DNA of 59,992 bases, the filler included. It is 9 parts of 9 records of this genome, joined end to end, with 100 filler letters (N's around TTAATTAATTAA, not from the genome) between each part and the next. Parts side by side here need not be neighbours in the genome. Positions count along the whole stretch, not along the records: positions 1 to 9,527 come from SRR31147125_82557; positions 9,628 to 16,642 come from SRR31147125_82577; positions 16,743 to 23,171 come from SRR31147125_82663; 6 more parts are not named here. The stretch is one strand, 5' to 3'. Below are positions 9,106 to 18,928 of this stretch, one piece after another; position 1 is the first letter of the stretch, and every line of letters starts with the position of its first letter. The position numbers and the translations under genes were made by a program. Under the pieces are notes generated by a model. The model searched no databases. It was not told the DNA's origin and saw only the letters and a list, made by a program, of their open reading frames with translations.

Positions 9106-9527
9106 TTCTAATACAGCGCTCCCAAACCCTCCAAAAGTTCGCGTTATTATTCCAAATTAAGAGCAATAGCAGTAACATTCAGTTACCACAACACATTTTT
9201 ATATCTCATCTTACTCCCCATTATCCTTCCTGGTTCTCCTGGCAGCTACCTGTGCCATAACCATGTCGGTTTTTTCAGGGTGTCAATCCAGTTAAAATCG
9301 GTCATATCTGCTGTGGTGAGGGCAACCATTGCTATATATAAATGTGTTCTCAGGAAAATTTGTTTCCAGTGTGGTTGAATAAAATTCTGTTGCTTCTACT
9401 AATTCCGAATGTGTGGCTTGTGATACACTTAAACCTCTTAAATTGTTCATAAACTAATGAGTTTTGGTTTAACAATGAAATAAATTTAGGAAAAAAATAT
9501 TTAATACCAACGGGTATCATTTAGCAT

Positions 9528-9627
9528 NNNNNNNNNNNNNNNNNNNNNNNNNNNNNNNNNNNNNNNNNNNNTTAATTAATTAANNNNNNNNNNNNNNNNN
9601 NNNNNNNNNNNNNNNNNNNNNNNNNNN
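9528..9627. other. artificial contig spacer
   Basis: N44-TTAATTAATTAA-N44 (stop codons in all six frames). Confidence 0.99.
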
Positions 9628-10494
9628 GAGCGAAAAGCTGAGTTATATTCCACCTTACTTTATTACCAGGTATTTTTATTCTCGTTTTTAATATATAGCG
9701 TTTGGGGAAACCTGGCACTTCGAATAGTTATTAGCGACTTAGATTTAAGCGAAGCATTATCGGCCAAACTTGCTTTTTTCTTTCCGGTAATTGGTATTCC
9801 GTTTATGATTTTAAGTTGGTTTATGTTACTGAAATTTGCTTTCAACATTAACGGTTTCAGATTAACGAAAGCGTTTGTAATTACCTACTTCACTACTTTT
9901 GTAGTCCTTGTTTTTTCACTTACCACACTCATTCATCAAAAGGTAATAATAATTCCGGCTGATGCAGATCTGTTTATCATCCGAATTCTGCTTGCTATAA
10001 ATTTGCTTGTTCATCTTATTTTTGCGATTTCGTTTACGCGCTCAAAACGTAATGCTTCCTTGTTAAAAGAATCGGGATTCGAGAAAAAATGGGCCTTTCT
10101 GTTTTTTGTTGTGGTTCTTGCCTATTCGTTGGCAATGTGTTTTTTCAATGTATTCGGATATATTTCGATTACACTGAATATTGCAATTATTTTTGGGGCC
10201 TGCATTTTTATTCCGGGAGTTATAAAAATAAGAGCACTATCGGTTGAAGCCGAAAAGAATATGGATTTCGATGCATTTTGTAAATTCTACGAAATATCGA
10301 AACGCGAGGCTGAAATTATTATTGAAATATGCAGTGGAAAATCGAACAAAGAAATATCGGAAAAACTGTTTATCACCCTACAAACAGTAAAAGATCATAA
10401 CCACCGAATTTATACCAAAACAGGTGTAAAAAGCCGTGTTCAGCTGGCAAACCTGGTTCGCGAAAAAACAGGTTCCGGGCCTACAACGAATTAA
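9628..10494 (+). CDS. Membrane-bound LuxR-family HTH regulator (5' partial)
   Basis: Frame is open from the contig edge; TM segments then ISKREAEII...GKSNKEISEKLFITLQTVKDH. Confidence 0.9.
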   Translation, partial: ERKAELYSTLLYYQVFLFSFLIYSVWGNLALRIVISDLDLSEALSAKLAFFFPVIGIPFMILSWFMLLKFAFNINGFRLTKAFVITYFTTFVVLVFSLTTLIHQKVIIIPADADLFIIRILLAINLLVHLIFAISFTRSKRNASLLKESGFEKKWAFLFFVVVLAYSLAMCFFNVFGYISITLNIAIIFGACIFIPGVIKIRALSVEAEKNMDFDAFCKFYEISKREAEIIIEICSGKSNKEISEKLFITLQTVKDHNHRIYTKTGVKSRVQLANLVREKTGSGPTTN

Positions 10495-10501
10495 AATTGT
10501 A

Positions 10502-12067
10502 TTACTCTTTCTTTTTTTCGATTAGAACTGTGGTTGGATGTTCAAACAAATCTTTCTGAATAAAAAAGATCTCATGTTCTGGCGAAAGTTCAATCTTGTC
10601 AATATCTCTTGTACTCGAAATAATAACGCCATCGGGATTTTGTTTGAAAAACTCATCAAATTCGTCGGCAGCAATTTTCTTGATTGGCTTTTGTAAATAA
10701 AAAACATACGACGGACTAAAACGCCAGTAAGAAACCACTTCCCTGTCTTTTAAAAATTGCAAACTCTGCTGCACCTGGTTTTGTCCATCGATTGCCGGAA
10801 AAACAATACTAAAAAATACAAGTGATGTTATTATTGATGTTGCACCTGTTATTAAAAAGAATTTTTGCAGTTCTTTTCTCCATTTAAAAGCAAATAAAAT
10901 TCCTGCAGGCAAAACCAAAAACCAAAGAGCACTTGCATTTATATCAGCCAGCGAAGGGTCGTATTTCATTCCTACAAAACCACCAATCGGAATAATAAAA
11001 GCCAAGGCCAACAAAACAAAATAGTTAATCCGAATTTGCCTGAAAGAACTGACAGAATTGGAAATATAGTGAGCAAAAATTACCGCTAAAAATGGATAAG
11101 CCGGCACGGTGTAATTAATAAGTTTTGTTTCGGAAACCGTAAAAAAGCCGATAATTGTTAATGCAGCAATTAGACAAAACAACAAGAAATGGTTTTTACG
11201 ATTTTTAAATGCAGAGCGAAAAGCCTGCGGAAAGAAAACGGTAAATGGAAACATTCCTGCAAGTACAAAAATAATTGTAAGCATAAAGTTTCCTCCATGA
11301 CTTTCCATTGAATCTGAGAACCGCTTTAAATTGTGCTTAAATAAAAATCCTTCTGTCCATTCCCAATTGGTTTGAATTCCATTAATAAGGTACCAGGGTA
11401 ATGCCACGGCCAATACAATAAATACTCCCCAAAAAGGTTTAAGTGCTAAAATATTTTTCCAGGTAAATTGTTTCGAAAAAATTAGAAACAGTAAAAAGAT
11501 AAGTCCGGGCAGCAATATGGCTACCGGCCCCTTCGAAAGAGTTCCCAGTCCCAGTGCCACATACATTAACACAGCGTCAGTTGCGCTTTTTCTTTTCAAT
11601 GCCGAATAAAACAAAAAAGCAGCACTGGTGAAAAAGAATACCAAATACGGATCGGGCACCGACATATGAAACTGGAAAGACAAATGAATGGATGCCAGCA
11701 TAATAAACGCCGACCAGAATGCAGTTTTCTCATTCAGGAACCTGCGTGTAGATAAAAAAGTAACTAAAACAGTAAGAGCTCCAAATACACCGGAAAAGAA
11801 CCGAGCTGCAAAACCATTAACTCCAAAAACTTTGTACGACAAAATCATAAAGAAATAGTGCAATGGCGGTTTATCTGTTCGCATATTCCCGTTAAAAGTT
11901 GGAACCACAAAATCGTTGTTTTTATACATTTCGTAGGCACAGCTTGCATTTTTTGCTTCGTCGAGAATATAAATGCTTACACCCCATGTAAAAAAGGTAT
12001 ATACAACAAGTGAAAACAGGAACAAATACAGCGGAAAATATTTCCGGGATACAATTTTATCTATCAT
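10502..12067 (-). CDS. ArnT/PMT-like GT-C glycosyltransferase
   Basis: LDEAKNA, DKPPLHY, LSKGPVA motifs; multi-TM; likely start MIDKIV. Confidence 0.88.
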   Translation of the reverse strand: MIDKIVSRKYFPLYLFLFSLVVYTFFTWGVSIYILDEAKNASCAYEMYKNNDFVVPTFNGNMRTDKPPLHYFFMILSYKVFGVNGFAARFFSGVFGALTVLVTFLSTRRFLNEKTAFWSAFIMLASIHLSFQFHMSVPDPYLVFFFTSAAFLFYSALKRKSATDAVLMYVALGLGTLSKGPVAILLPGLIFLLFLIFSKQFTWKNILALKPFWGVFIVLAVALPWYLINGIQTNWEWTEGFLFKHNLKRFSDSMESHGGNFMLTIIFVLAGMFPFTVFFPQAFRSAFKNRKNHFLLFCLIAALTIIGFFTVSETKLINYTVPAYPFLAVIFAHYISNSVSSFRQIRINYFVLLALAFIIPIGGFVGMKYDPSLADINASALWFLVLPAGILFAFKWRKELQKFFLITGATSIITSLVFFSIVFPAIDGQNQVQQSLQFLKDREVVSYWRFSPSYVFYLQKPIKKIAADEFDEFFKQNPDGVIISSTRDIDKIELSPEHEIFFIQKDLFEHPTTVLIEKKKE

Positions 12068-12239
12068 TTTTCTTTCTACTAAAACGGGGCGCAAGTTATA
12101 AAATTCCGATGGTGATCTTTAATTCCAAAATAAAAATTGCTTGAATATAAACTTAACCTGTGCTACCAATAATAAATCACTATTTTTGGCACATAAATAC
12201 CAACGTTTTTCAGACATATTTATAAAAAGAAACACCGAA

Positions 12240-12893
12240 ATGAAACAGTTTTTTCGCACCAATATCTCATTTTTTATACCTCATATTCTGTTCCTGATAA
12301 TTAGTGCATTTTTTTTAATTGGCTACAGCAAAGCAGAAATACACATTTGGCTTAATTCTTTTAACTCAGCGTTTTTCGACGATTTTTTCAGATTAATAAC
12401 CGAGTTGGGGAATGGCCTTATTTATTTATTTGTACTGGTACTTCTACTGTTAACCCGAAGTTATAAATGGTCGGTAATGTTTATTGTTGCCGTTGTGGTT
12501 AGCAACATTATTGTGCACCTTTTTAAAAACGTATTAATGCCCGATGTTTACCGGCCATCGAAGTATTTCGAATTATTTGAAACATATAAACTACATTTTG
12601 TTGAAGGTGTAAAATTGCGAAACATCCACAGCTTCCCATCGGGGCACACTACCACGGCTTTTACCATATTTTTTATGCTGGCGGTACTAACTAAAAAGCA
12701 TGGCCTAAAACTATTGTGTTTTATAGTTGCACTTTTAACCGCTTACTCGCGCATTTATTTATCGCAGCATTTCCTTATCGATGTTTTTGTGGGCTCTATT
12801 CTTGGCGTTGGCTCGGTAATCTTTGGAATTTGGATTATTGAGCGTTATAAAAAAGGATGGATGGAGAAAAGATTATTTCGATCTAACAAATAG
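12240..12893 (+). CDS. PAP2-family membrane phosphatase
   Basis: K...RP, SFPSGH and SRIYLSQHFLIDV motifs; likely start MKQFF. Confidence 0.92.
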   Translation: MKQFFRTNISFFIPHILFLIISAFFLIGYSKAEIHIWLNSFNSAFFDDFFRLITELGNGLIYLFVLVLLLLTRSYKWSVMFIVAVVVSNIIVHLFKNVLMPDVYRPSKYFELFETYKLHFVEGVKLRNIHSFPSGHTTTAFTIFFMLAVLTKKHGLKLLCFIVALLTAYSRIYLSQHFLIDVFVGSILGVGSVIFGIWIIERYKKGWMEKRLFRSNK

Positions 12894-12967
12894 AATTTTT
12901 GCATTTCTTAATCAATCAGGAATTTAAGCGATATTGCCAATTCTCTGTAGCTTATTATTATAAAGAG

Positions 12968-13078
12968 CCAGCGGCATCACATATTTATATCAACAATGCA
13001 ATATGAAAAAATTCGACTCCGGCTGGAGTCTTATCATATTTTCAATATAAATATTCTATAAACATGTAAATCCTCTGG
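12968..13078. repeat. REP/MITE-like palindromic element
   Basis: Outer arms CCAGCGGCATCACATATTTATA / TATAAACATGTAAATCCTCTGG pair at 17/22; central hairpin GACTCC-GGCT-GGAGTC at 13015-13030. Confidence 0.55.
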
Positions 13079-13110
13079 ATTTAAAATACAAAACGTTGTA
13101 TCTATTAAGC

Positions 13111-14361
13111 TCAATTATCAAAAAACAAATCTTCTTTCAACCTTTCTATTCTATCCAGCGCGTAGTTTACATTCTTTGCCGCTTCTCCTGCTTCTTTCAA
13201 ATAAATACGATAATAATTCAAGGCCAGCGTTTTATTCGAATTAAACTCTTCGTAGGTAGTAGCTATTTCAAAAAGAATTTCGTGTTTGTTAGGATTTAAT
13301 TCGTGTGCTTTTTCCAGAGCTTGAATCGATTCGGCAAATTTTCGCTGCTGTCCATAAATCTGTCCTAAATGATGATACATTTCGGCCACATAATTCGGAA
13401 TTGAAGCATCGATTGCCCATTGCATTAGTTCTTCCGACTTTTCGAAATCTTTTAATTTTTTGTAACACAAACTTTGATAGTACATTACTAGCGGATCGTT
13501 CGGATTTTGTTTAAACATATCATTGAAAATCGTCAGAGCTTTTTCTTCTTTTTCGGCAAAATACGTACTAATTCCATAGTTCATTAAAATTTCGTATGGA
13601 GGTTGTTGTTCTACGTCAAGGTACTTTTCAAAATGAATCATGGCCGGACCATAACGTTTGGTTTTGTACAGAAACATTGCTTTTTCAAGCATTAATTCGA
13701 CATCGTTCGGAAACTGTTGCAATCCTTTTTCAATGGTTGCCATAATCTCATTTCCCTGTTTTTTCCAGTTGTAAGCATGAATTAGGTTAGTGTACGAAGT
13801 ATAGTCGCGTGGATTTGCTTCAATAATTTTTTCGTATAAATAAACTGCTTGTTTGCGGTCGAAAACCCGAAATGCACAATATGCCAGTTGTTTATTCCAA
13901 AATACGTTTGTAGAATCGTTTTGGTAAATATTCGAAAACACTTTGTAGCCTTTTTTATAGTTCTTCAGATTAATATAAACACGCCCTAATTTCGAGGCCA
14001 AAGTGAGATTGTCCAGAGCCAGGCTCGTTGCTTTTTCGTAAAAATGAATGGCATCGTGATTATTTCCGAGAATAGAAAAACTTTCGGCTGCTTCGCTGAG
14101 AAGGACAATGTTTTTAGGTTCGTACTGAAGTCCTTCGGCAAAAGCCTGCAAGGCATTCTGGTAATCTTGTTGATTTTGGTAAACCATTCCCTTTTTTAAG
14201 AAAAGTTGTGCCGAAGGATTAGTAACCAGCTCTTTATCAATCTCGTTTAATGCCGAAGAGTAATCTTTATTCAGAATTAACAGATCGATTTTATTTTGGG
14301 CAGATGCAATACCCAGAGTAAAAATAATCAATACAAATGTGAGTGATTGTTTCATTTTCAT
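13111..14361 (-). CDS. Secreted tetratricopeptide-repeat protein
   Basis: Signal peptide plus multiple TPR-like helical repeats. Confidence 0.88.
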   Translation of the reverse strand: MKMKQSLTFVLIIFTLGIASAQNKIDLLILNKDYSSALNEIDKELVTNPSAQLFLKKGMVYQNQQDYQNALQAFAEGLQYEPKNIVLLSEAAESFSILGNNHDAIHFYEKATSLALDNLTLASKLGRVYINLKNYKKGYKVFSNIYQNDSTNVFWNKQLAYCAFRVFDRKQAVYLYEKIIEANPRDYTSYTNLIHAYNWKKQGNEIMATIEKGLQQFPNDVELMLEKAMFLYKTKRYGPAMIHFEKYLDVEQQPPYEILMNYGISTYFAEKEEKALTIFNDMFKQNPNDPLVMYYQSLCYKKLKDFEKSEELMQWAIDASIPNYVAEMYHHLGQIYGQQRKFAESIQALEKAHELNPNKHEILFEIATTYEEFNSNKTLALNYYRIYLKEAGEAAKNVNYALDRIERLKEDLFFDN

Positions 14362-14465
14362 GGCAAAAAAAATAAGGTTGTTAACAATTGGTGAGGCGCT
14401 AAATTATTGCTCAAATCTCGTGCTTCACCGTTTTCATAAAAAGTGAAAATATTTCTAATTAATTG

Positions 14466-15890
14466 TTACTGCAAAACAAAATTTATAGGTACAGTATAAG
14501 CAACATTAACAGGTTTCCCTTTTTGGTAGCCGGGCTTCCATTTAGGTAAGGTATTTACAACGCGCATTGCTTCTTTATCCAGAACAGGATCGACACCACG
14601 TGCAATTGTTACGTTGGCAACATCACCATTTTTATCAACCACAAAGGTTACATAAACTTTTCCTTGTATTTCATTTTCCTGGGCCAGCCCGGGGTACCTA
14701 ATACTGTTGGCAATATATTTTCTTAAAGCCAGGTCGCCTCCAGGGAATTCGGGCATTTTTTCAACAATAAAAAACACCTGCTCATCTTCTTCAAGTTTCT
14801 TAAGCACAGGCTCTTTACTTTTCACAAGGTACATGTCGCCCAAGCTGTCGGTTTCAAATTCGTACTTGCTTCTTTTATTGATTAAATCGTACAAATACTC
14901 CAAATCTTCCTTCTCCCCTTCAATTTTTAATTTCTCGTCGAGTAACGATAATTTTATTGTGCGTTCGTTGTTTTCTACTGTCTTTATCTGTTCGCCGCTA
15001 ATTACATCCTTTTGTTCGCAGGCAAACACAACCATTAAACCAATAAGGGGAAGTATACCAAACAAATATTTCAGGTTAGCTTTTTTCGACGATTGTATTT
15101 TTGAAAGCATTTTAATCCTCTTTTTAATCAAGGAAGAGTTGAAGTTATTGGCAATTTCCAACTGATATCCGACTGCTTGTTCGAGCAACAATTTTTTGTA
15201 GTGGGCTGCATTTGTTCCGGTTTCCAGCACTGCGCGATCGGCCAAAAACTCATGATTTTCGCGAATTACGCGTTTTAATATCCACATAAACGGATTAAAC
15301 CACTGGAATACAGTCATAATTTCGAGAATTAGCACATCAAAACTATGACCTTGTTTAATATGTTCCATTTCGTGAGCCACCATTTTTTCATAACCCGGTT
15401 GGTTTTTCAATTCGGGATTAATAAAAATGTAGCTTAAAAACGAAAAAGGACTGCTGGTACGCGAAACAGATACAAATTTTATGGCCCCGTTTTTATGCAC
15501 CGAATTTCCATAAATAATCATCATTATTTGAACAAGGCGAACGATTAATCGGGTTAGGAAAATCAACAAACCAATAAAATAGGCAATTATAATTAGTTTG
15601 CTGGAACTGATGCTTTGTACCACTGCCCCCGATAAATCCTGCCCGTAAATGGTAACCGACTCTAAAACATTGCGGTATGGAGTTACGGTAACTTCGGCCA
15701 GCATTGTAGATTGTGGTGCGTAAACCCTAAATTTCAGAAACGGCAGTAAAACTGAAAATACTGCTGAAATAAGCAGAAATATTCGGTTTAACCTCAAAAA
15801 AGTTTCCTTGCGTAAAAACAGAATATAGATTAACGAGAGCAGCGAAAGGCTAACTCCCGATTCCAGAATAAAGTTAATTGCCTGATTCAT
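14466..15890 (-). CDS. BlaR1/M56 peptidase-TonB C-terminal fusion
   Basis: HEMEHIKQGHS, WFNPF, ENHEFLAD; C-terminal EKMPEFPGG...YTVPINF. Confidence 0.92.
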   Translation of the reverse strand: MNQAINFILESGVSLSLLSLIYILFLRKETFLRLNRIFLLISAVFSVLLPFLKFRVYAPQSTMLAEVTVTPYRNVLESVTIYGQDLSGAVVQSISSSKLIIIAYFIGLLIFLTRLIVRLVQIMMIIYGNSVHKNGAIKFVSVSRTSSPFSFLSYIFINPELKNQPGYEKMVAHEMEHIKQGHSFDVLILEIMTVFQWFNPFMWILKRVIRENHEFLADRAVLETGTNAAHYKKLLLEQAVGYQLEIANNFNSSLIKKRIKMLSKIQSSKKANLKYLFGILPLIGLMVVFACEQKDVISGEQIKTVENNERTIKLSLLDEKLKIEGEKEDLEYLYDLINKRSKYEFETDSLGDMYLVKSKEPVLKKLEEDEQVFFIVEKMPEFPGGDLALRKYIANSIRYPGLAQENEIQGKVYVTFVVDKNGDVANVTIARGVDPVLDKEAMRVVNTLPKWKPGYQKGKPVNVAYTVPINFVLQ

Positions 15891-16269
15891 TGGTATCGGT
15901 ATTATCGTTTTCCAAATCGCGCTTTACATCATCCATAAGTTCGTCTAAATCCGACAGGCTCATATTATCTTCTTTGGCAAAAAATGAAACCATTTCGTGG
16001 AATGAGCCGCTAAAATAGTTTCCCATAAAATTTTTCAGGAACGAGCGCGTGTACTCTTTTCGTGAAACAGCAGGAAAATACTGATGGGTTTTCCCGTAAG
16101 CTTTGTGTCCCACAAAACCTTTCTTCTCCAGAATGCGAATAATTGTAGAAACCGTATTATACGCAGGTTTCGGTTCTGGCATTTGCTCTATAATATCCTT
16201 CACAAAACCTTTTTCCAACTTCCACAGAAATTGCATTACTTGTTCTTCTGCCTTTGTAAGTTCCTTCAT
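15874..16269 (-). CDS. BlaI/MecI/CopY-family repressor
   Basis: MKELTKAEEQVMQFLW...PAYNTVSTIIRILEKKGFV. Confidence 0.95.
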   Translation of the reverse strand: MKELTKAEEQVMQFLWKLEKGFVKDIIEQMPEPKPAYNTVSTIIRILEKKGFVGHKAYGKTHQYFPAVSRKEYTRSFLKNFMGNYFSGSFHEMVSFFAKEDNMSLSDLDELMDDVKRDLENDNTDTNESGN

Positions 16270-16305
16270 TTTCCTGTTTTTATGAGACTTCGATTATACA
16301 AAAAC

Positions 16306-16347
16306 CATACCTAAATTATTAGTTATTGAACTATTAATTTAGGTATG
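16306..16347. promoter_or_regulatory. 42-bp near-perfect palindrome upstream of the BlaI-family gene; probable autoregulatory operator
   Basis: CATACCTAAATTA-T-TAGTT-ATTG-AACTA-T-TAATTTAGGTATG. Confidence 0.7.
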
Positions 16348-16372
16348 ATATAACTTGCTTACATTTTTTTGT

Positions 16373-16642
16373 CTATTCCAATGCAAAATTAATGGGAACG
16401 GTGTAACAAACTTTTACCGGTTCTCCTTTTTCTTTTCCTGGTTTCCACTTTGGCAACGAACTAACAACGCGAAGCGATTCTTTATCGAGAGATGGATCAA
16501 CACCGCGGGCAATTCTTGTGTCGGTTACCGAGCCATCAACATCAACCACAAAGGTTACGTATACTTTTCCTTTAATACCATTTTTCTTGGCAACTTCAGG
16601 ATATTTAACTGATTGTGCAATAAACTCGCGTAAGGCCGAGTC
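16373..16642 (-). CDS. TonB C-terminal domain protein (5' partial)
   Basis: Manual translation: DSALREFIAQSVKYPEVAKKNGIKGKVYVTFVV...KWKPG...YTVPINFALE*; absent from the ORF track. Confidence 0.9.
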   Translation of the reverse strand, partial: DSALREFIAQSVKYPEVAKKNGIKGKVYVTFVVDVDGSVTDTRIARGVDPSLDKESLRVVSSLPKWKPGKEKGEPVKVCYTVPINFALE

Positions 16643-16742
16643 NNNNNNNNNNNNNNNNNNNNNNNNNNNNNNNNNNNNNNNNNNNNTTAATTAATTAANN
16701 NNNNNNNNNNNNNNNNNNNNNNNNNNNNNNNNNNNNNNNNNN
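16643..16742. other. artificial contig spacer
   Basis: N44-TTAATTAATTAA-N44. Confidence 0.99.
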
Positions 16743-18823
16743 TTTTTATAGTCGTTTTTGTCAAATGTCTCTCTGAAAAGTGCCAGGAAAGTAGCAGCTT
16801 TTATTTTGTGCGCATAATGTTTTCCCAGGTAAGCAATGGATTGAATATCGTTTTTAGTTTGCCCTAATTCGCCGCTAAAATTGTTAACGGTAAAAGTCCA
16901 CGCCAATGCGTCGTCGGCATTTGCAATTACCTGGTCGGCTAAATTAAACGGCGAAGTGCCATTTAGTGTTTCACCCGAGAGTTTTGCCTCTACAAATTTT
17001 GGGATGGAAATATTATCGGTTCCGGGATGAACGGGCAGCGAAATAAAGTTATCCAAATCGTTGTAACCGGTTGGTGTTTTTGCATAAAATGGGCGCGCTT
17101 GCCCCGATTCTATGTACCACTGAAAATCGAGCGAGCCCCAGTGAAAGCCTGTAACCAACGGATAAATCATGGATGCTTTTTGCCATGCTTCAAAAAGTTT
17201 TTCAGAGTTGGTTTGTGGGAAACGACTGGCTAAAATGCTTTCAAAGCGTTCGTTGCTCATTTCCGGATTATAGCCCAAACGACCCCATATCATCCAGTGG
17301 TACCAGTGTTTTGCCAATTCCAATTGTCGCTCGCCTTCCACATCTTTTTGTAAGAATTCGCGGCCCCAAACATATTGGTCCGAGCCATAGTAATAACCAT
17401 CGGAAACATGGTGGGGAATGCCTTTTATAAATTCGCGCACAAAATCGGGAGCTCCCCAGCGGAAATAGAAAATATCGTCGTTACGCAGTGTCCAAATGGT
17501 TTTCAGCTCTGCATCCTGCTGAATATCTTCTACAAATTTGGTATGATAAGGCTGCGAAGTTGAACTGTAAACATGTGCTTTTGCATATTTAAAACTGAAA
17601 ATAAAGTTGATGTTTGGATTATCGACCAGCGGCTGGAAACGACTGGCAATTTCGCGCGCTCCGGCCATGTGCTGCCGGTGAATAAAAGTGATTTTCCGGT
17701 TGGGCAATTCTTTGGCCGCATCTAAAACTCCTTGTCCGTAAGTATCGTATGCCCAATCTTCTTTTGCTTCGGTTGAAACACCATACATATTTTCTCCGGT
17801 GGTTAAGCCAATTCCCGCTAAATCAGGATACGTCAGAAACATTTGTTTTACACTTTTTCTGAAATAATCGCGCGTTGTTGGATTCTCAACATTATCATCA
17901 ATTCCATATTTACCATCAACTCCGTATGTGAAAATATTCCAGGTAACGAAATAAATATCTACGTTTCGTTCTTTTCCATAGCGCATTACCTTTTTCCAGA
18001 ATTCTATCTTTTCATCAATACTCATGCTTTTTATAACACGCGTATTTTCAAACATTTCCGGTTCGGTAAAAAAATGGCCGTTTAAAGAATAGTGTTCTTT
18101 CCAGTTTATGGTTGATTGACGAACATCATCCAACGCAACATCGGGATATTCCGGAACTTTTACCAACGACGGAAAAGGATGTAAACTCCACAACGAAATG
18201 TAATTGTAACGGTAGCGCGCAAGGCTATCTATATATTCGGTCCAAAAATCAAAGTTCCACATTTCGACAATATTATTTTGGGCTGCGTCGCTAACATCGG
18301 TGTAACTTGGTGTGCGCACATCAAGCGGAATATTAAACTTGGTTCCCCGCATTTTCATGTACGGATTCTGAAAGGTTTCTTCCACTTTTGCAAAATCTTT
18401 AATTTGAATTTGCTCGGCCAATTCAAAAGCGCCATACATAAGCCCGGCATCGTCGGAAGCAATAAGGGCAATGGTGTTTTTATTGTCAGCAATTTTAATC
18501 TGAAAACCTTCTGGCTCGATATTATTTAGAGGTTTAATTCCGGCTTTTCGTAAAAGTTTTGCTGTGCTTTTATTTTTTTGATTTACGAGAATTATCTGTT
18601 TTGCATCGGCAACAGAATTTTCTGCCAGTTCAATTGTATAATTTTTTTGAATTAGGACCTTTTTAAGTTCAGTAACTCCAAATGCCACCTGTGGCGAGTC
18701 TTCGCTACAAATAATGTTTAGCTGCTTGTTTTGCGCAAAAACAGAGCTTGAAAACAGGAGTGCAAAAAAGAAAATACCAAAGCGAATAAGAGATTGATTC
18801 TTGAGTCTTTTCATACCAGACAT
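16743..18823 (-). CDS. Large secreted putative carbohydrate-active protein (3' partial)
   Basis: Signal peptide; N-terminal PEGFQI...IASDDAGLMYGAFEL resembles the N-domain of GH20/GH67/GH115-like proteins; Trp/Tyr-rich core. Confidence 0.6.
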
Positions 18824-18928
18824 ATTAGGTTTAAATTGGTTTAATTTTACACCTTCAATATACTGAATATGTTAAAGATAAAAAGAGGTATTTCTTTATA
18901 TTTTTTAGGGGGTATATAGTTGTCGCTG

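Noticed and set aside
9260-9450. Short minus-strand ORF (about 52 aa) upstream of the cassette, as a possible integrase remnant
   Set aside because: No tyrosine recombinase motifs (such as HxLRH or the catalytic Tyr region) are recognisable.
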